Part shown: positions 13,149-26,387 of the stretch, piece by piece
Numbering within the stretch: position 1 is the first letter of the stretch
How the letters are laid out: the number at the start of each line of letters is the position of its first letter
Source of the DNA: Moniliella sp. 'wahieum'
Lineage: Eukaryota
Length of the DNA: 64,000 nt
NCBI GenBank assembly: GCA_003971905.1
Contig: RSEE01000111.1
Span: 62,001 to 126,000 of the forward strand
Direction of reading: 5' to 3'
Made by a program: the position numbers and the translations under genes
The notes under the pieces: model-generated
The model's input: the letters and a program-made list of their open reading frames with translations, nothing else
Told to the model about the DNA's origin: nothing
Database searches by the model: none

Positions 13149-16110
13149 ATGAGTGGGCCGCCGACCATGACGGCCTTCCTCAGGCCGCCGACGCGCTCTA
13201 CAAGGCCAGCGACCCCGCCGCCCGCACCCGCGCCAACGACTGGCTCCAGGAGTTCCAGCAGACCTCCGACGCCTGGGCCGTCGCCAACGACGTCCTCCTC
13301 GCCCAGTCCCTCAGCCTCGAGCCCCGCCTGCTCGCCCTCACCTTCCACAAGAAGGTCGTCTACGACCTCGCCCAGCTTCCCCCCGCCGCCCAGGACTCTC
13401 TCCGCGACACGCTCCTCGTCGCCCTCGCCGGGTACGCCGCCGGCCCCCGCGTCATCCAGAACCGCATCTGCCTCGCCCTCAGCGCCCTCGCGCTCCAGAT
13501 GCCCACCTGGGCCAACCCCGTGGGCGACATGATTGCCCGCTTTGGTTCCGACCCCCCACAGTCAACGTCCTCCTCGAGTTCCTCGCCGTCCTCCCCGACG
13601 AGGTCACCACCAACAACCGCATCCCCATTCGTGTATGTATGCCCTCCCCTCTTCCTCTCCCCTCTTCCTTGTCCTCCTCTTGCTGACCCGGACCGACGCC
13701 GGCAACCAGAACGAGGAGTACTATGCGCGTGTGCCGCAGCTTCTCGGCGCGCATGTAGAAGAGGTGCTGGGCCTGCTTGCCATGTACCAAACCGCCCAGG
13801 GCGTCACCACGCCCATCCAAGCCTCCGTCTTCCGCTGCATGCAGAGTTGGCTTGCCTCGGGCGAGGTGACCGCCTCGGACTTTGCCGCGACGCCGCTGCT
13901 GGGCGAAGCGATCAAGGCGCTGGGCGAGGACCTGCTGTTCGACGAGGCGGTCGAGGTGGTGTGTGTGTGGATCAAGGAGACACAAGAGATCCACGACAAT
14001 ATGAGTGCCATCACCTCGGTTGCGCCGCTGCTGATTGCGCTCGCGCCCCAGGTCCAACAGGCCGGGGACGACGAGGACCGGGTGCGTGGGTATACGCGTG
14101 TGTTTTCCCAGGCTGGCGAAACGTGGTCGCCGCTCTTTGTCTCCCACCCGGCCGACTTTGAGCCTTTGGTGGTCCAAGTCCTGCTCACCTGCACCGCCTA
14201 CAACGACTTGGACATTGTCGGCATCACGTTCCGCTGTTGGTATTTCCTTGCTGCTGCCGTGTGGCGTGCGCAGGAAAAGGCGTCTCGACCGGACCTCGAT
14301 GGTCTGCGCAGCGCCTTTGTCACGCTCCAGGACACGCTCATCCGCCACCCCGCTTCCCCGACGATGACAGCAGCTTGACCGGCCAAGAGCGTGACGATTT
14401 CCGTGACTTTCGCCATGCCATGGGCGACACGCTCAAGGACTGCTGTGATGTGTTGACCCCCGAACGCTGTCTCGCCCACTCGCTCGAATTGATCCAACAA
14501 GCCATGACGCGCACCCCGCTGAAATGGCAGGACATTGAGGCTCCGCTCTTCTCCATGCGCGCCATGGGCACCCGTGTGGACCCGCACGACGAACAGATCC
14601 TTCCCCAGATTATGGAACTGGTACCGCAGTTGCCTGCCAACCCGCGGCTCAAGTATGCCGGCCTCCTCGTCCTGGGCCGCTACACAAGTGGGTCGCGTAC
14701 CACCCGGACCGCATCCCCACCCTGCTCACCTACATCTCCTCGGCGTTTAATGATGGCCAAGAAGACGTGACGGCGGCAGCGGCGCGGGCGCTGCGGTTCC
14801 TATGCCTCGACTGTCGTTCCAGTTTGTCTTCGTACCTGCCGCAACTATTTGAGTTCTTCAGTATGCTCAACGCAACCTTGTCGCGGGAAGAACTACTGGA
14901 AGTGTCCGAGGCGATTGCGCATGTCATCTCGGCCCTGCCGCCGGGCGAAGTCTGAGATGCTACTCAAGTTTGTGCAACCTATTCTGCAAGCTGCCGCGTC
15001 GACGGCGACGACGGCAGGTGCGACGATGGAGCAGCTGAAACGCTCGGCCGATGCGTTGAAGCAAGTCGATCTGATGCTCAAGATCAACCTGGAGAACGCG
15101 AGCAACTACCGCCCAGCAGCTGTGCTGCCACGGCCCAGCAAGCCTACCTCTTGATTGACGCCATGATCCAAGCGCAGGCGACAAGACGGTCATGTCGGAA
15201 GCGACGTGTGCGCTGCTGCGGCGCGGGATCCAGTTCTTTGCCAGACGGCCGTCGAGGTGGTACCGACCATGGTGCTCACACTTGGCGCAGGCCTTCCAAG
15301 CGTCGGTCACCCTGCGTACGTGTGGATCGTAGGTGCAGCCATTGACAATTACGGTTTGCGTCCTGAGCCAGAGCTGCGCGAGGCGCTCAGCACCGGCATT
15401 CACCCTCGTATCGGGCAAGGTGATGCAAGTGGTGGATGCGGCGGCGCCGCGACTGGACACGGTGGCCGATGTGATTGATGATTATGTGCATGCGTGTGCG
15501 CTGTGCTGCTCGACGGCACCGTGGATCCTACTCTTATCGCCGCACCTGGACCGAGCGGCGCACTTGGCGCTCGATGCACTGGACCTGTACCAGCCCGCTA
15601 CCGTCCAGGCATCGCTAAGCTTCCTGCGTGACTTTGTAGGGCACGATGCGTTGCTCTTACCTCCTGCCGAGGGGTGCCGACGGCGGAGATGATGGCCGCG
15701 GCAGCGCAAGCGCCCGCGAGCGGGACCGACACACAAACGCTCACCACTTTCTCCCTTTTGTTGCGGGGGGTGCTTGCTTCGGGTCCTGCGCCGCTAGGAC
15801 CCCCGTTGGTGCACACCTTGCTCGTTGGTTTGACAGGCAAGTTTGATGCGGAAGAGCAGCCGATCACGGTATCCATTCTGCGCATGTTGGCTGGCGCGTT
15901 CCCAGCGCAGTCGGTCGAGTGGGTACGCGCAGCGCTGCCCAGTCTGTCCGCTAGCAACGTGGCCCAAGCGGACAAAGAAGCGTTTTGGACGTCGTACCAG
16001 ACCGCCGTCGCTAGCCACAACCTCGACCACATCCTGTCGCGCTCAACACGCTCTACCGTGCCTCGCGCCGCACCCGCGAACGCGCTCGCATGGATCGCAT
16101 CCAAGATTAA
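13149..16110 (+). CDS. MTR10: Importin-beta family transportin-SR / Mtr10
   Basis: ANDWLQEFQQTSDAW, KKVVYDLAQLP, LCLALSALALQMPTW-like, DLDIVGITFRCWYFLA, ERDDFRDFRHAMGDTLKDCC and WQDIEAPLFSMRAMG. Intron 13633(GTATGT)-13709(CAG) with a GCTGAC branch site. Likely end RERARMDRIQD* at 16110. Multiple frameshifts. Confidence 0.88.
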
Positions 16111-16879
16111 GCTTCGCACCCTGGTCTGGCTACGCGCGCCGCCTAGGTCCCGTTCCACCTCCTGTTTCTGTTTCTGTGTCTGTTTCGGTACCCACACCAG
16201 CACACCGCACACCGCACACCGCACCCAACTTCCCCGAGCCGCTGGAGGAGCGCTTGGTTTCGAATGCGCGGCCTCGACGCGGTGGGGAGGGGGGTACTCC
16301 CTCGGTCGCGTGGCCAAGAGACAAAGGAACGACGACGTTGGTGGACGCAGTGCAGTGGCGAAGATGGGAGGACGAGGACCGACGTGCGTGCCGAGCTAAC
16401 CGTATAATGACACCACCCCCAGCCAGCCTCGTTCTCTGGCGCAATGCATCCGGCGAGAACGAAGGAAGCAGGCACGGCCTGGCGCGTCGATGTGTAGGTG
16501 TTAGGCAGGTCGGATCGACGGGAAAGCAGGAACGTAGGAAAACTGGAACGCGGGAAAGCAGGAAAGCACTGAAGGAAAACAAGAAACAAACGTGAGTAGT
16601 TCCGACCCCAACGGGCCCCTAAGCTCTCGCGAGGGAAACTATACATGGCAGGGGTGAAGCCGGCGAATTAAACCGTGGTAGACAGAGGAGATATAGGTGA
16701 GCACCGCCGCCCATCAGACCGACTTCCAGGGACACGGGTTACAATCACTAGTACTTCGAAACGCGGCATTAGTTCGACCCCCTCCCTCCCCGGTAACGGT
16801 GCTGCTCTTGTAGTAGTTCAATACCTTTCGGGCGGCATTTGTTAGCCGAGCCGGCCTGCGCTCGGGTGCCTGCCCCGGC

Positions 16880-17060
16880 CTGCTCTCAGCTGGTGCTTCC
16901 CTCAGAGAGAGACCTGGATCCTTGGGCACACGCTTAGTTAGTCACTGTACGGACGAGCAGGTCTTCTCTCTGGTGCTTCGCACTGAGAGAGCCATTAGAG
17001 CTCATGCGTAGTTAGTCAATGTAGTGGGGAGCTCTTAGTCACTGTACTGCCGAGCTGGCC
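16880..17060. repeat. Degenerate direct repeats, ~80-100 bp spacing
   Basis: ctggtgcttc..gagagag and ttagtcactgtac..gagc each occur twice. Confidence 0.5.
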
Positions 17061-17315
17061 TGCTCGTCGTACTTTTGATCCGTCGCAAGAGCTCCCATGG
17101 ATGCCCTGTGAGGGGCTCCAACAACCATTACAGTCGTGGTTGTTTTTCTACTGAGACGGCGCCAAAGTTGGTTACAGCACCGTTGCGATCATCTCACCAC
17201 TTCGGGCGTAGAGAGCCTGCAAACCTGTGCAACATTCGCTGTTACACTGTTGGAGAAGAGCTGTCAAACACGATATGATTGTCATCTCAAACATCTCTGA
17301 TGTTCGTCATACGGT

Positions 17316-17536
17316 GCCTCGAAACCTGATTGCAAGGTGCTGGTGTACTCCTAGTTCACATGCCCCAACAATGTAGTTTTGCTGTTCAAACTTATTGCAG
17401 ATCAGTCCTCTAAACACAACTGATTGGCAGTTCAACCATCTCCAAAGTTGAACATACTATGCCTCGAAACATCTGCAGAAGTTGTTGTTATACTCCCAGT
17501 TCGCATGTCCGAACAATGTGCACTTGCTCTTCAAAC
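17316..17536. repeat. Degenerate direct repeat, ~145-bp period
   Basis: gcctcgaaac at 17316 and 17461; agttc.catg.cc.aacaatgt....ttgct.ttcaaac at ~17353 and ~17498. Confidence 0.6.
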
Positions 17537-19925
17537 AGCATCAACAATCGCATTAACCATCGCATTGATGCCATCCGATAGCCGTGCTGTGGTTTTGTTT
17601 GAACACCGTTGATACTTGCTGAGGAACGCCTATTGATCATCTCTCAAAGTGCATGTCATGCTGCGCTGGACCAACTGGGGCAGTCGTTCTTATGTTCGCC
17701 TCAAAGACTCACGATCGTTGCTGTCATTGTTTGCGCTTCAACACATCCATGTCAGGTGCTCAGATGCTTCGGTGGTGCATGTTCCCAACAAAACTAGAGT
17801 GGACGGAGAGATAGGCTGAATGATGACATGCATTAGTACGTTCCTATACATGCGTGAGGTGGAGGACGGGGAGCACAGGCTTGATGGGGAGTGCTGGGTT
17901 GGGGATGAGGAGCACAGGCTTGGAGGCGGTGGCACATGCTTGCTGGTGGCGGACCCAAGCTCAAAAACGGTGGCACAAGCACATGGCAAGCTCAGGCTTG
18001 GAAATGGCGGGCGCATGCTAGGACATGGCCGGCACGAGCTTGGAGACGCCTGACACAAGGTGGAACCAACAGTTGCCACCGGGCGAGCGCAAGCGTGGAC
18101 GCAACTATCAGACAGAGCACCACGTTGTACTTGCACATGGGCAATTCGAGCTTGAGAATGGCCGGGATGAGCGTTGAGATGGGGGTAACGATGGGGAACA
18201 ACGACGTGGTGAGGGGTAAGCGGCTGATGCGAGCGGGTCGGAATGAGGAAAGGTGGGATGGGATGGAATGGGAGACGGCATACTTACCGATGCGCGCGAC
18301 CAGGTTGCACATGGCCAAAAGACGACGTTTGAGATGAGGAACTCAAACTCAGCGACAGCAGGGGCGGGCAAAGTGGTGCGCATGGGCCGGCAGAGCGTCG
18401 GAAGCGGACGGCGCGGCAAGCTGCACGGTCTGCTTGACATGGGCGAGGCAGGTAGGAGGTGTCCCGAGACGAGGATCCGGATGGCCACGACGAGTGTCCA
18501 GACGGCCAAATCAAGAGCGGCGGTGCTGGTGGCAGGCGAGGCGGTGGCCATGGACGGCCAGTGCGCCAGACTGCGGCCAGAAGGCATGCGCAATGACATG
18601 TACCATCGCCTGCTTCCGCTTGGTCGACCGGACGGTGGCGATGGCCTAATGAATGGCGGGGATGGCGAAGCGAATGGCGGGGATGGCCTGTGGGTGTGTG
18701 GGAAGGAGGGGCGCGGCACTGGGGCGCGTGGGGAGGGTGGTGGACGTGAGAACGAGACCCGGACGGGTGGGAAGTGGCTGGCCAGACGCAGAAGCTGGCC
18801 AGATGACAGAGAAGAAAGGGTTAGTGGAGGGTAAGGGGGTGGCAGATGAGGCGCGGGAAACGGAGTCTGTGAATGGGGGTTAAACGAAGCAACAGACCTT
18901 GGGGGCTGGGCAAAGCCAGGCAGGTTAGGGTGGTAGTGGTAAGAACTCAAATAGAACCATCGCCAGTGTAGCGACGCGTGAAGGCTCTGACGTGGAGACA
19001 CCCAGTCGCTCAACCACAGACGGCGAGTAGAACCAAGCAACGAGGTGAGCGAGAAGAAGAGGAAGGGGGAAGGAGAGGTAGTGGCGAAGAGGACAGCAAG
19101 CCGGTAGTTCTAGCGTCTAGCTTTCACATGATTAGCGCTGGCGCTGATCGGGCTGATGTTTTCGGGACTTGGGACTGAGACTGATTGATGATCGATGATC
19201 GAGATCGAGTCGCGTGGTGGGTTTAACGCTTAGCTTGCAGGCCGCAGTGTGAAGGTGGTGGAGATGGGACGGATGGTTGAGATCATCTCGGCGTTCGAGC
19301 AAGAACACGGAGAAGTTGGCGCGCCCGCCTGCGCTCTGATGTGGCCGGATCCCGATGCCAAGCGAGAACAGCAATCAAGAACTGGAGGCCAATCGACGAT
19401 AGGGATTGAATATTGATTGCTGGTGAGCGATAGTACTAGAGAGTAGCGGAGAGAGAGTAGGAGGAGGGAGTGGAAGAGAGGGAAGACTAAGAGCTACTGA
19501 TTGCCGAGGCTTCTAGAAGTAGGCTTGGCACACTGCACTAGTAGTATCCCAACAGTGGGCACGCACACATATCCTGTTCCCCCCGGCAACTGGCAACGGC
19601 AACGGCAATGACAATTAACTAACGATTGTGCCCGTCCGCCGTGCCTGCCCTTCCCCGCGTCCAGCCTGCATCCACCTGGTCTGGCTTCAAGCTTCAACCG
19701 CACTCGATTTGCCTATAGACGGCGATTGTAGGCCGCCCGATTCACACCGCACCCAGAGCACACCTCACAGGTGGGTGGCTGCACCCAGCCCCGGCGGTAC
19801 GATGCACAGCAGTCGACTTTTTTCTTCCGATGACACCTGAGCGTGGTGAGCGGCGCACAGGCCTGAAGCACACTATCTCTATACTACGTGCCTTCCCGCG
19901 CAGAATGCAAACCGAGTCGATGCAG

Positions 19926-21163
19926 TTAGGCCGTGCCCAAGAGTTCGGGCGCGGTCTGGTCCTTGACATAAGCCGAGACCGACTCGACCTTATCGCACCA
20001 AGTGGCGAGGCGAGTACGCAGTTCTTCAATCTGCGTTCGGTCCAGGACGCGGGGCTGGACCCAATCCACCTTGACAGTCGCCTGGACCTGGTCCATGGTA
20101 CCGCGAATCAAATGGAGCGAGAGGGCCTTCATCACCAGATGTTCCACCTCGTCGAGCGGCAGGCGCGTCTCGCGCGCAATCGAGCCAAACGTGATTGCCG
20201 CGCGCTGTTCGGGCGAGCGGGCAAAGACAGACTGGATCAAGGCCATCAACACATTTTTGGCGCAAAACGAAACGTTGGCACCTAGGATCGGTTCCGCCGT
20301 TTTGGCAGGGAGTAAAATGGCTTCAAACGCGGCCAAGTCACCGGCATTGTACGCATTGAGCAGTTGCACCAGCAGCGCATGCGGCGTGCCCTCCAGCGCG
20401 GCCACAATCGGGTGCAACAGCAACTCGCCAAAGTTGTAAATCGCATCCGATAGCAACGCAGCCAAGGCCAGGTCGTGCGCACGTTCCACCTTGTCCTCGG
20501 CGGTCAGGTCCGTGTCGAGGTTGACACAGGCAAGGTAGAGCAACGAGTTTTTGTAGTAGGGCGCATACTCCGCCTTGGCTTTGTGGTAGTCGCCTGCGAC
20601 GCGGTAAAACGCACCGTACACGGCCGGGTCTACCGCGTCAAACTGGGCCAGCAGGGCGGCACAGTCGTCCATCGCCTGCTTGGTCGCGGGCAAGTTGCCG
20701 TGGAGCAGTTCGAGATGGGCCGCTTCCATGGCGAGGAGGATGTAGGCCTCGCGTTCTGGAAGGGCGAGTTGACGGCGGCGCGGGCGCCCGCGGAGGCCTG
20801 GTAGCGCGGCTCGCGCTCCTCGTCGGCGTCGGGCGCGGCGGGCTTGACGCAGCGACCTGGGCGGCGAGGAAGGCGCGGGCATCGGCCGGGCGCGGGAACC
20901 GCTTGACGACGCGCACGGCAATCTGGGCGCGGCGGAGCTGGTTGATCTTGCCCTCGAAGCCGGCGACAAAGTGGTGTAGAGGGCGACGGTGCGCGAGGCG
21001 GGTGGCGGCCTCGGGGACTGGAGAAAGTGCTCGAGGGCGAGGGTGAGCTGGTACCAGAGCTTGCGCTCGTACAGGTCGCGCATGGACTCGTACAGCGCCT
21101 GAGCACGTCGGGCGTGCTGGGCGCGACGGCCTGCTCGGCCACGTACGTAGCGGTGGCGTCCAT
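19926..21163 (-). CDS. RPN9: 26S proteasome lid subunit Rpn9 (PSMD13)
   Basis: LYERKLWYQLT, YYKNSLLYLAC, AHDLALAALLSDAIYNFGELLLHPI, EVEHLVMKALSLHLIRGTMDQV..VDWVQPRVLD (PCI domain). Start MDATATYVAEQ at 21163; frameshifts in the 5' third. Confidence 0.93.
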
Positions 21164-22176
21164 GGGGGTGGGGGTGGGGGCGGTGGGGCGGGCGAGGGCG
21201 AAGACGGCGGAGAAGGGGTTATTACGTCCTGCGGCAGGCCACGCGTCGTCCGCACGGGGCGGGGGCGCTGAGGTAATGGCACGTGTCCGGGGCGAGTGAA
21301 ATTGACAGCGGGGCGGAATGGAATGGAGAGTGGTGTACGTAAGCAGCGGAAGGGCGGGCTGGGAGCTGAGACCCAACGGGACGTGTGGCATGCGGGCAGC
21401 GTGTCTTCCCCATGGGCGCGTGCCGGCGTGCAAGGGGGGCCGCGTGGCACAGGGCCAGTGTGCTGCGTGTGTGGGCGGGCCCATGCGCTGCCAGGAGTGC
21501 AGCAGCACACGCGCCGGCGTGGAGCACTGGCACACTCGCCCGCCGCCCACCCTCGCGCAGCGCTCAGCGATCGGCACGCCCGCCGCGGCCACACCGCTGC
21601 CGTGCCGGCGCTGGGCGAGCGAGCGCCACAGCAACCCTAGCGGCGCGGCCGCCAGCGCGTGCTGGCACGCGGCGGGTGTGCGTGCGCACGCGCCAGCACA
21701 GGCGCCGTGCGGCGCTGCGGGCCGGCGGGGGACGGGGCGCGCCAGCTGGGCGGACGCTGCCGCAGTGCCGTCCCCTGCGCCGCGGCGGGCGCCACGCGGC
21801 GAGTGTGGTGGGAAAAGGCAGCCTGGCGCCCAGCGCGTTTCTGCAGCGCTGCGTTTGGGAGGCGACTTTACTTTCTCTCTCTCATCCACCCACACCATCC
21901 ACAGCCACACCCGCGCGCCTGGAGCACACGGCATTCATCCTCACCTCCATCTCCACTTCCACTTCCACGCCACCTCCATCTCCATCTCCATCTCCACCAC
22001 CACCACCACTTCCACCGCCACCCCTCCATCTCATCTCCACCCCCTCCTCCTCCTCTCCTCCACCCCCCATATTTATGGCCCCCACCTAACCCCCATCCAC
22101 CCCCAACCCCAAGTACGTCCCCCCCAGCCCATCGTCGCCCACACCTCCTAACCCCCCCCCACCCCAGTCTTTACCC

Positions 22177-25100
22177 ATGGCCGACCCTTCCGCCCCCCGA
22201 CCGCCAGCAGCGCCTCGCTGCCGCCAAGAAAATCGTGCGTCCCCCCCCCCCCCCCCCCCCCCCCCGCGCTCCTGTCTTCCTGACTCTCCCCCCCCGCAGC
22301 TGCGTGCCCACCGCGCCAAGCACGCCCGCCGCCCCCCACCCCCTCCCCAGCCCCCGCCACGACTCCCCTGCCCCCCCGGCTAGCGTGTCGCCTCCGCTGC
22401 AGGCAGCGCGCGGCACGCCCGTGGCCACTCCCGCACCTCCTCCTCTCCCTTCCCAGCGCACTCTGCTGTCCTCCTGCCCCCGCTCTCCCCCGCCGCCGCC
22501 TCCTCCCGCCGCCTCTCCCGCCCGTCTCCTCCCTCGACCCCCACCCCGCTCCCACTCCCGCTCCGACTCGCGTGGCGTATTGTCAAGCCACTGCCCAGCC
22601 CCCGCCGCAGCAGGATAGACGCGCCATTCCAAGCGCCAGAGCACCAAACTCAATGATGTCTCCCTCTTGTTTGGCGGTGTCCCCACCACCCTTCGACCGA
22701 CTGGCTGGACGACGAGCCTCGTTCCACTCCTCCCGTCGTCCTGGCCCCGGCCCCTGCTGCGCCGCGCCGCGCCCGTCCCACCGTCCGTCCGGCTGTCCCG
22801 CACCATCCCCGTCTCGGCAGCATCTCTGTTTGGTCCGGTGCCCTCCACGCCCGCTACGCCCGCCACGCCCCATTCTCACGACAGCAAGCCCTCCGCCACG
22901 CCTTCGAGCAAGCGCAACAGTCGCCACCTTCGCCATGCTAGTGTGTCGACAAAACGCGACAGTCTCGAGATTATGGCCTCGTCTGGCTCTAGCTTTTACT
23001 CGCCTGCCGACCGGCGTCGATCGGCACGCTTGTCGGGCGCCGTGCCGGCGTCGATGCTGTTTAGCCAGTCGGGGTCGGGGCTGTCGCAGGCCTGGTCCTG
23101 GTCCGCGGAAGAGGAGCCAGAAAGTACGGACGACAGTCGGTTGACCGCGCTGGAAAAGCTCGAAGGCAAAACACGTTCTTCTTCCGAATCCTGCCAGTCG
23201 CGTCCGTCGGCCAGCGACCCACGGCCTCCCTCGTCGCCGTTCCCCTTTGCACTGGAGGAGAGTGCGAGTCGGAACTCGGTGGCGCTTCCGTCGTTTGATG
23301 CGCTTCACGGATCGGAACCGATGGACCAGCGCGTGTCCCGTACGCTGCTGCAAGAGAACGAACACTCGACGCAGCAAGATGCCTTCCCGCTTGGGGTGCA
23401 GGACTTTGACCGTGCAGCTTCCGACACATCCTCTGACGATACCGAGGTGGCCGAGGTAGACACCTCGACGCCGCCGGCAGAATCTGAAGCCGAAGGACTC
23501 AGCACGTTGCTGGAAGAAGAGGAGGAGGAAGACAATTCCTTTGCCCCGACTGAATCATCCGAGGTGATTGAGCATCAACGTGTGCTTCGGCGCAAGAGTC
23601 TGGCGCCCGCACCGCTCAAACTGCAGTCCCGTCCGCTCAGCATGCGATTCCAAGGTGGTCCTCTCCTCCGTTCGGGCGGGACCATGGTGCCGTCAACGTC
23701 GATGCCGGACCTGTCTGGGCGCGGCACCCCGTCCCCGTCCCCTACCCCGGCCCAGAACCAAACCCAGAACCAGAACCAGGGCAAGGACACGAAAGAGGAG
23801 GACGTGGCGACGCCGCGTGCCAAGCGCTTGTCGTTGTTCATGGACGATGTGCCCCAGTTTAAAGAACTTCAGCTGTCCAGTTCCAGTCCCGTGTCTGCCA
23901 CGACCGAGCTCCCAACCAGCGCATCGACGAGCAGCGTCAAGGCCCGTCGTCGCAGTTCCATCATGTACAAGACGGATACGGGTGCGATCGTGCCTGCGCG
24001 TCGGGGCTCGACTGCCCGTCGCGGCTCGGGCAGTTTGTCCTCGATCCTGCTGGACGAGCTACGTGGGAAGGCGGCGCAGGATGCACAAGCGCTCGAGCAA
24101 GCTCGGCAACAACTTGCCGTTGCCCGGCTCGAGTTGGCTGAAACACGCGGCCAGTTGGACCAAGCTTGGTCCGAAGTGCACGAGCAGGAAGATCGGTTCA
24201 AAGCCGTGGAACGCGACTTGCTTGACCGCATCGAGACGCTCACACGTGCGCAACACGAAGCGATGGAAGCCGTAGCTGTGGCGGAGCGCAAGGCCAGTCA
24301 GCTGGCTGACCAACTCGAGTTGGCCGAAGCTGAACGGGACACGTACAGGGACGATGTGGACGGGTGGCGAGAACGGTGTTCGGAGCTGGAGCAGCGTGCC
24401 GAAGTGGAGAAGGCACGTGCAGACCGAGAGACGGAGGCACGCAAAACCGTAATGGGCAAAACGGAGCGACTGATTGCCCAGCTCGTTGCGCTTGACCAGC
24501 CGGTTGCTCCGGAGGACCAGCTGACCCGTGAGGACACTACGGTCCAAAGCGAGACCAAGGTGCACGAGCGTCGTTTCAGTCCTGTTTCTGCTTCGCCCGT
24601 CACGCCTTCGCCCGAGGCGACGGTCAAGTTGCTGTCGGACATGCGGCAGCAAATTTTCAACTTGGCGCGCACGCTGGAGCACGAACGGGAAGAACGGCGT
24701 GCTGTCGATACGCAGTTGGCCGAAACGCGAGCCGAGTTGGCCTCGCTTCGCAGTCCCACCCAAGACGAAGGAGACGACTCGTTTGGCGCAGGGGAAGATG
24801 CGTTTGCGCTTGAAGGGCTGGGCGCACCAGAGATTATGGTGACTGCCTCGCGCACCGGACGTAACCGACACGTGTTTGCCTACGACTCGAGCAACGACAG
24901 TTACTCGCCTCCCAGCACGGTGGCCACCAGCGCACACGACGGATCCGTCTCGATCCTTTCGGACCGTCCGTCGTCGGAGGATGTGTGGAAGACGGGTGGG
25001 TTTGGCGAGATGACGGACGAAGAGGATTTGGGGTTGGGCAACAGCCACCATACTCATGCCTCGCTCGCGCTCGGCCGACGCGACACGCTCCACACGCTCC

Positions 25101-26387
25101 CCGAGGCCGATGAGGAACCGACCGCCGCGACGCCCGTCCTGGACTCGGGGGCGTTCCAGCCGTGTGTTCCTGACCCGGAAGCGCACTTTGACCCGGAAGT
25201 CGATCCCGAGGCCGAGGCCGAGACTGATGCTGCGGCTGAGAACGCTGTCCCGTCCGGTGCCGAGGCAAGCTGGATGACAGACCCCGAGGCGGAGACGACG
25301 CCAGTACCTGTGGACGCGGATCCGGAAGCAGAAGAAGGGTGGGAGGACGAATCGCATTTGATGCCGCGCGAGCTGTTTGGCGGTGCAGCGACGCCCGAGT
25401 TGAGTGTGACGGGTCCGACGTCGAGCCAGACAGAGGGCGACGAGACGCCGACGCCGCTGGAGGAAGAACAAGAGGCGGTGTTTGACTTGGGGCAGGGGTA
25501 CGACGGGTGGGAGACCGAGTCGGACTCGTCCGAGACCAAGGCTAAGGAATTCGATCGCACCTGGTCCTTCTCCAGTGCGTCAAGCAAGACCCAGGAGATT
25601 GCGCGGCAACGCGAGATGGTGGCGCAAGCGCACGGCGGTAAAGTGCCATGCAACTTTACCCCTGGGCCCAAGCTGCCTGGACACGACTTTTTCGGGATCA
25701 ATACCGAGTTGGATATGCCGCCGTTGGCTTCGTCGTTGCCCAGTTTGGACTTGCCTCCTATCCCGCTCACGGGGCTGCCTGTCCGTCACGTTCGTCGCGC
25801 ATCCAAGATGATGCGGGAGAACCTGGACGCGTCGACGAGCAAGATGGTAGCGCGCAACTCGTTGTTGGGCATGACCAGTTCAGCGCTGTACGGTCTAAGT
25901 GGGTACTTTCTCGCTCGGCCCACGTCGATGGTGGGTGCTGTAGCTGGCGCTGCAGCGCATGCGGCGCATTCCTGTGTGGCCAACACACCCCGTTCCAATT
26001 TCACTTCGTCCACTGCACACCAGGCAAGCACGCCAATGCCGATTTACGCAACAGTACCGCCCAATCCTTCTCCAGTGCCTACTCGAACGCTTTGCCCGAC
26101 GGACGCGCCGATGCCGCCCTGCAGACGCTGATCCAGGAACAGGGGGCAACCCGACATGGCAAGCACCTCCTCGCTTGCCCGTCCCGGCTTCTACCCCTGC
26201 GCGACTGACCTTGGCACCGCCCGCACCTGCACCAGCAGGCGCAGGACGGGAGAAACTTGCCCCCCGCCGTCTGGTGCCCAGGGTAGGCGTGACCAACCCC
26301 CCCTCGCTCTTCCCGGCGCCAAGGGATACGCTCGACTTTGGTCCGGCCACCGAGGGCGTAGGTGCCTGGCCGCTCATCTGCATCTAA
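22177..26387 (+). CDS. Large coiled-coil / low-complexity protein with a GM130-like N-terminal motif
   Basis: Exon 1 MADPSAP-DRQQRLAAAKKI, intron 22235(GTGCGT)-22299(CAG), then LRAHRAKH. Open 1154-codon frame 22667-26131 with long E/Q/R/L heptad stretches (~24050-24750). Probable C-terminus TLDFGPATEGVGAWPLICI* at 26387 via a frameshift. Confidence 0.7.
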
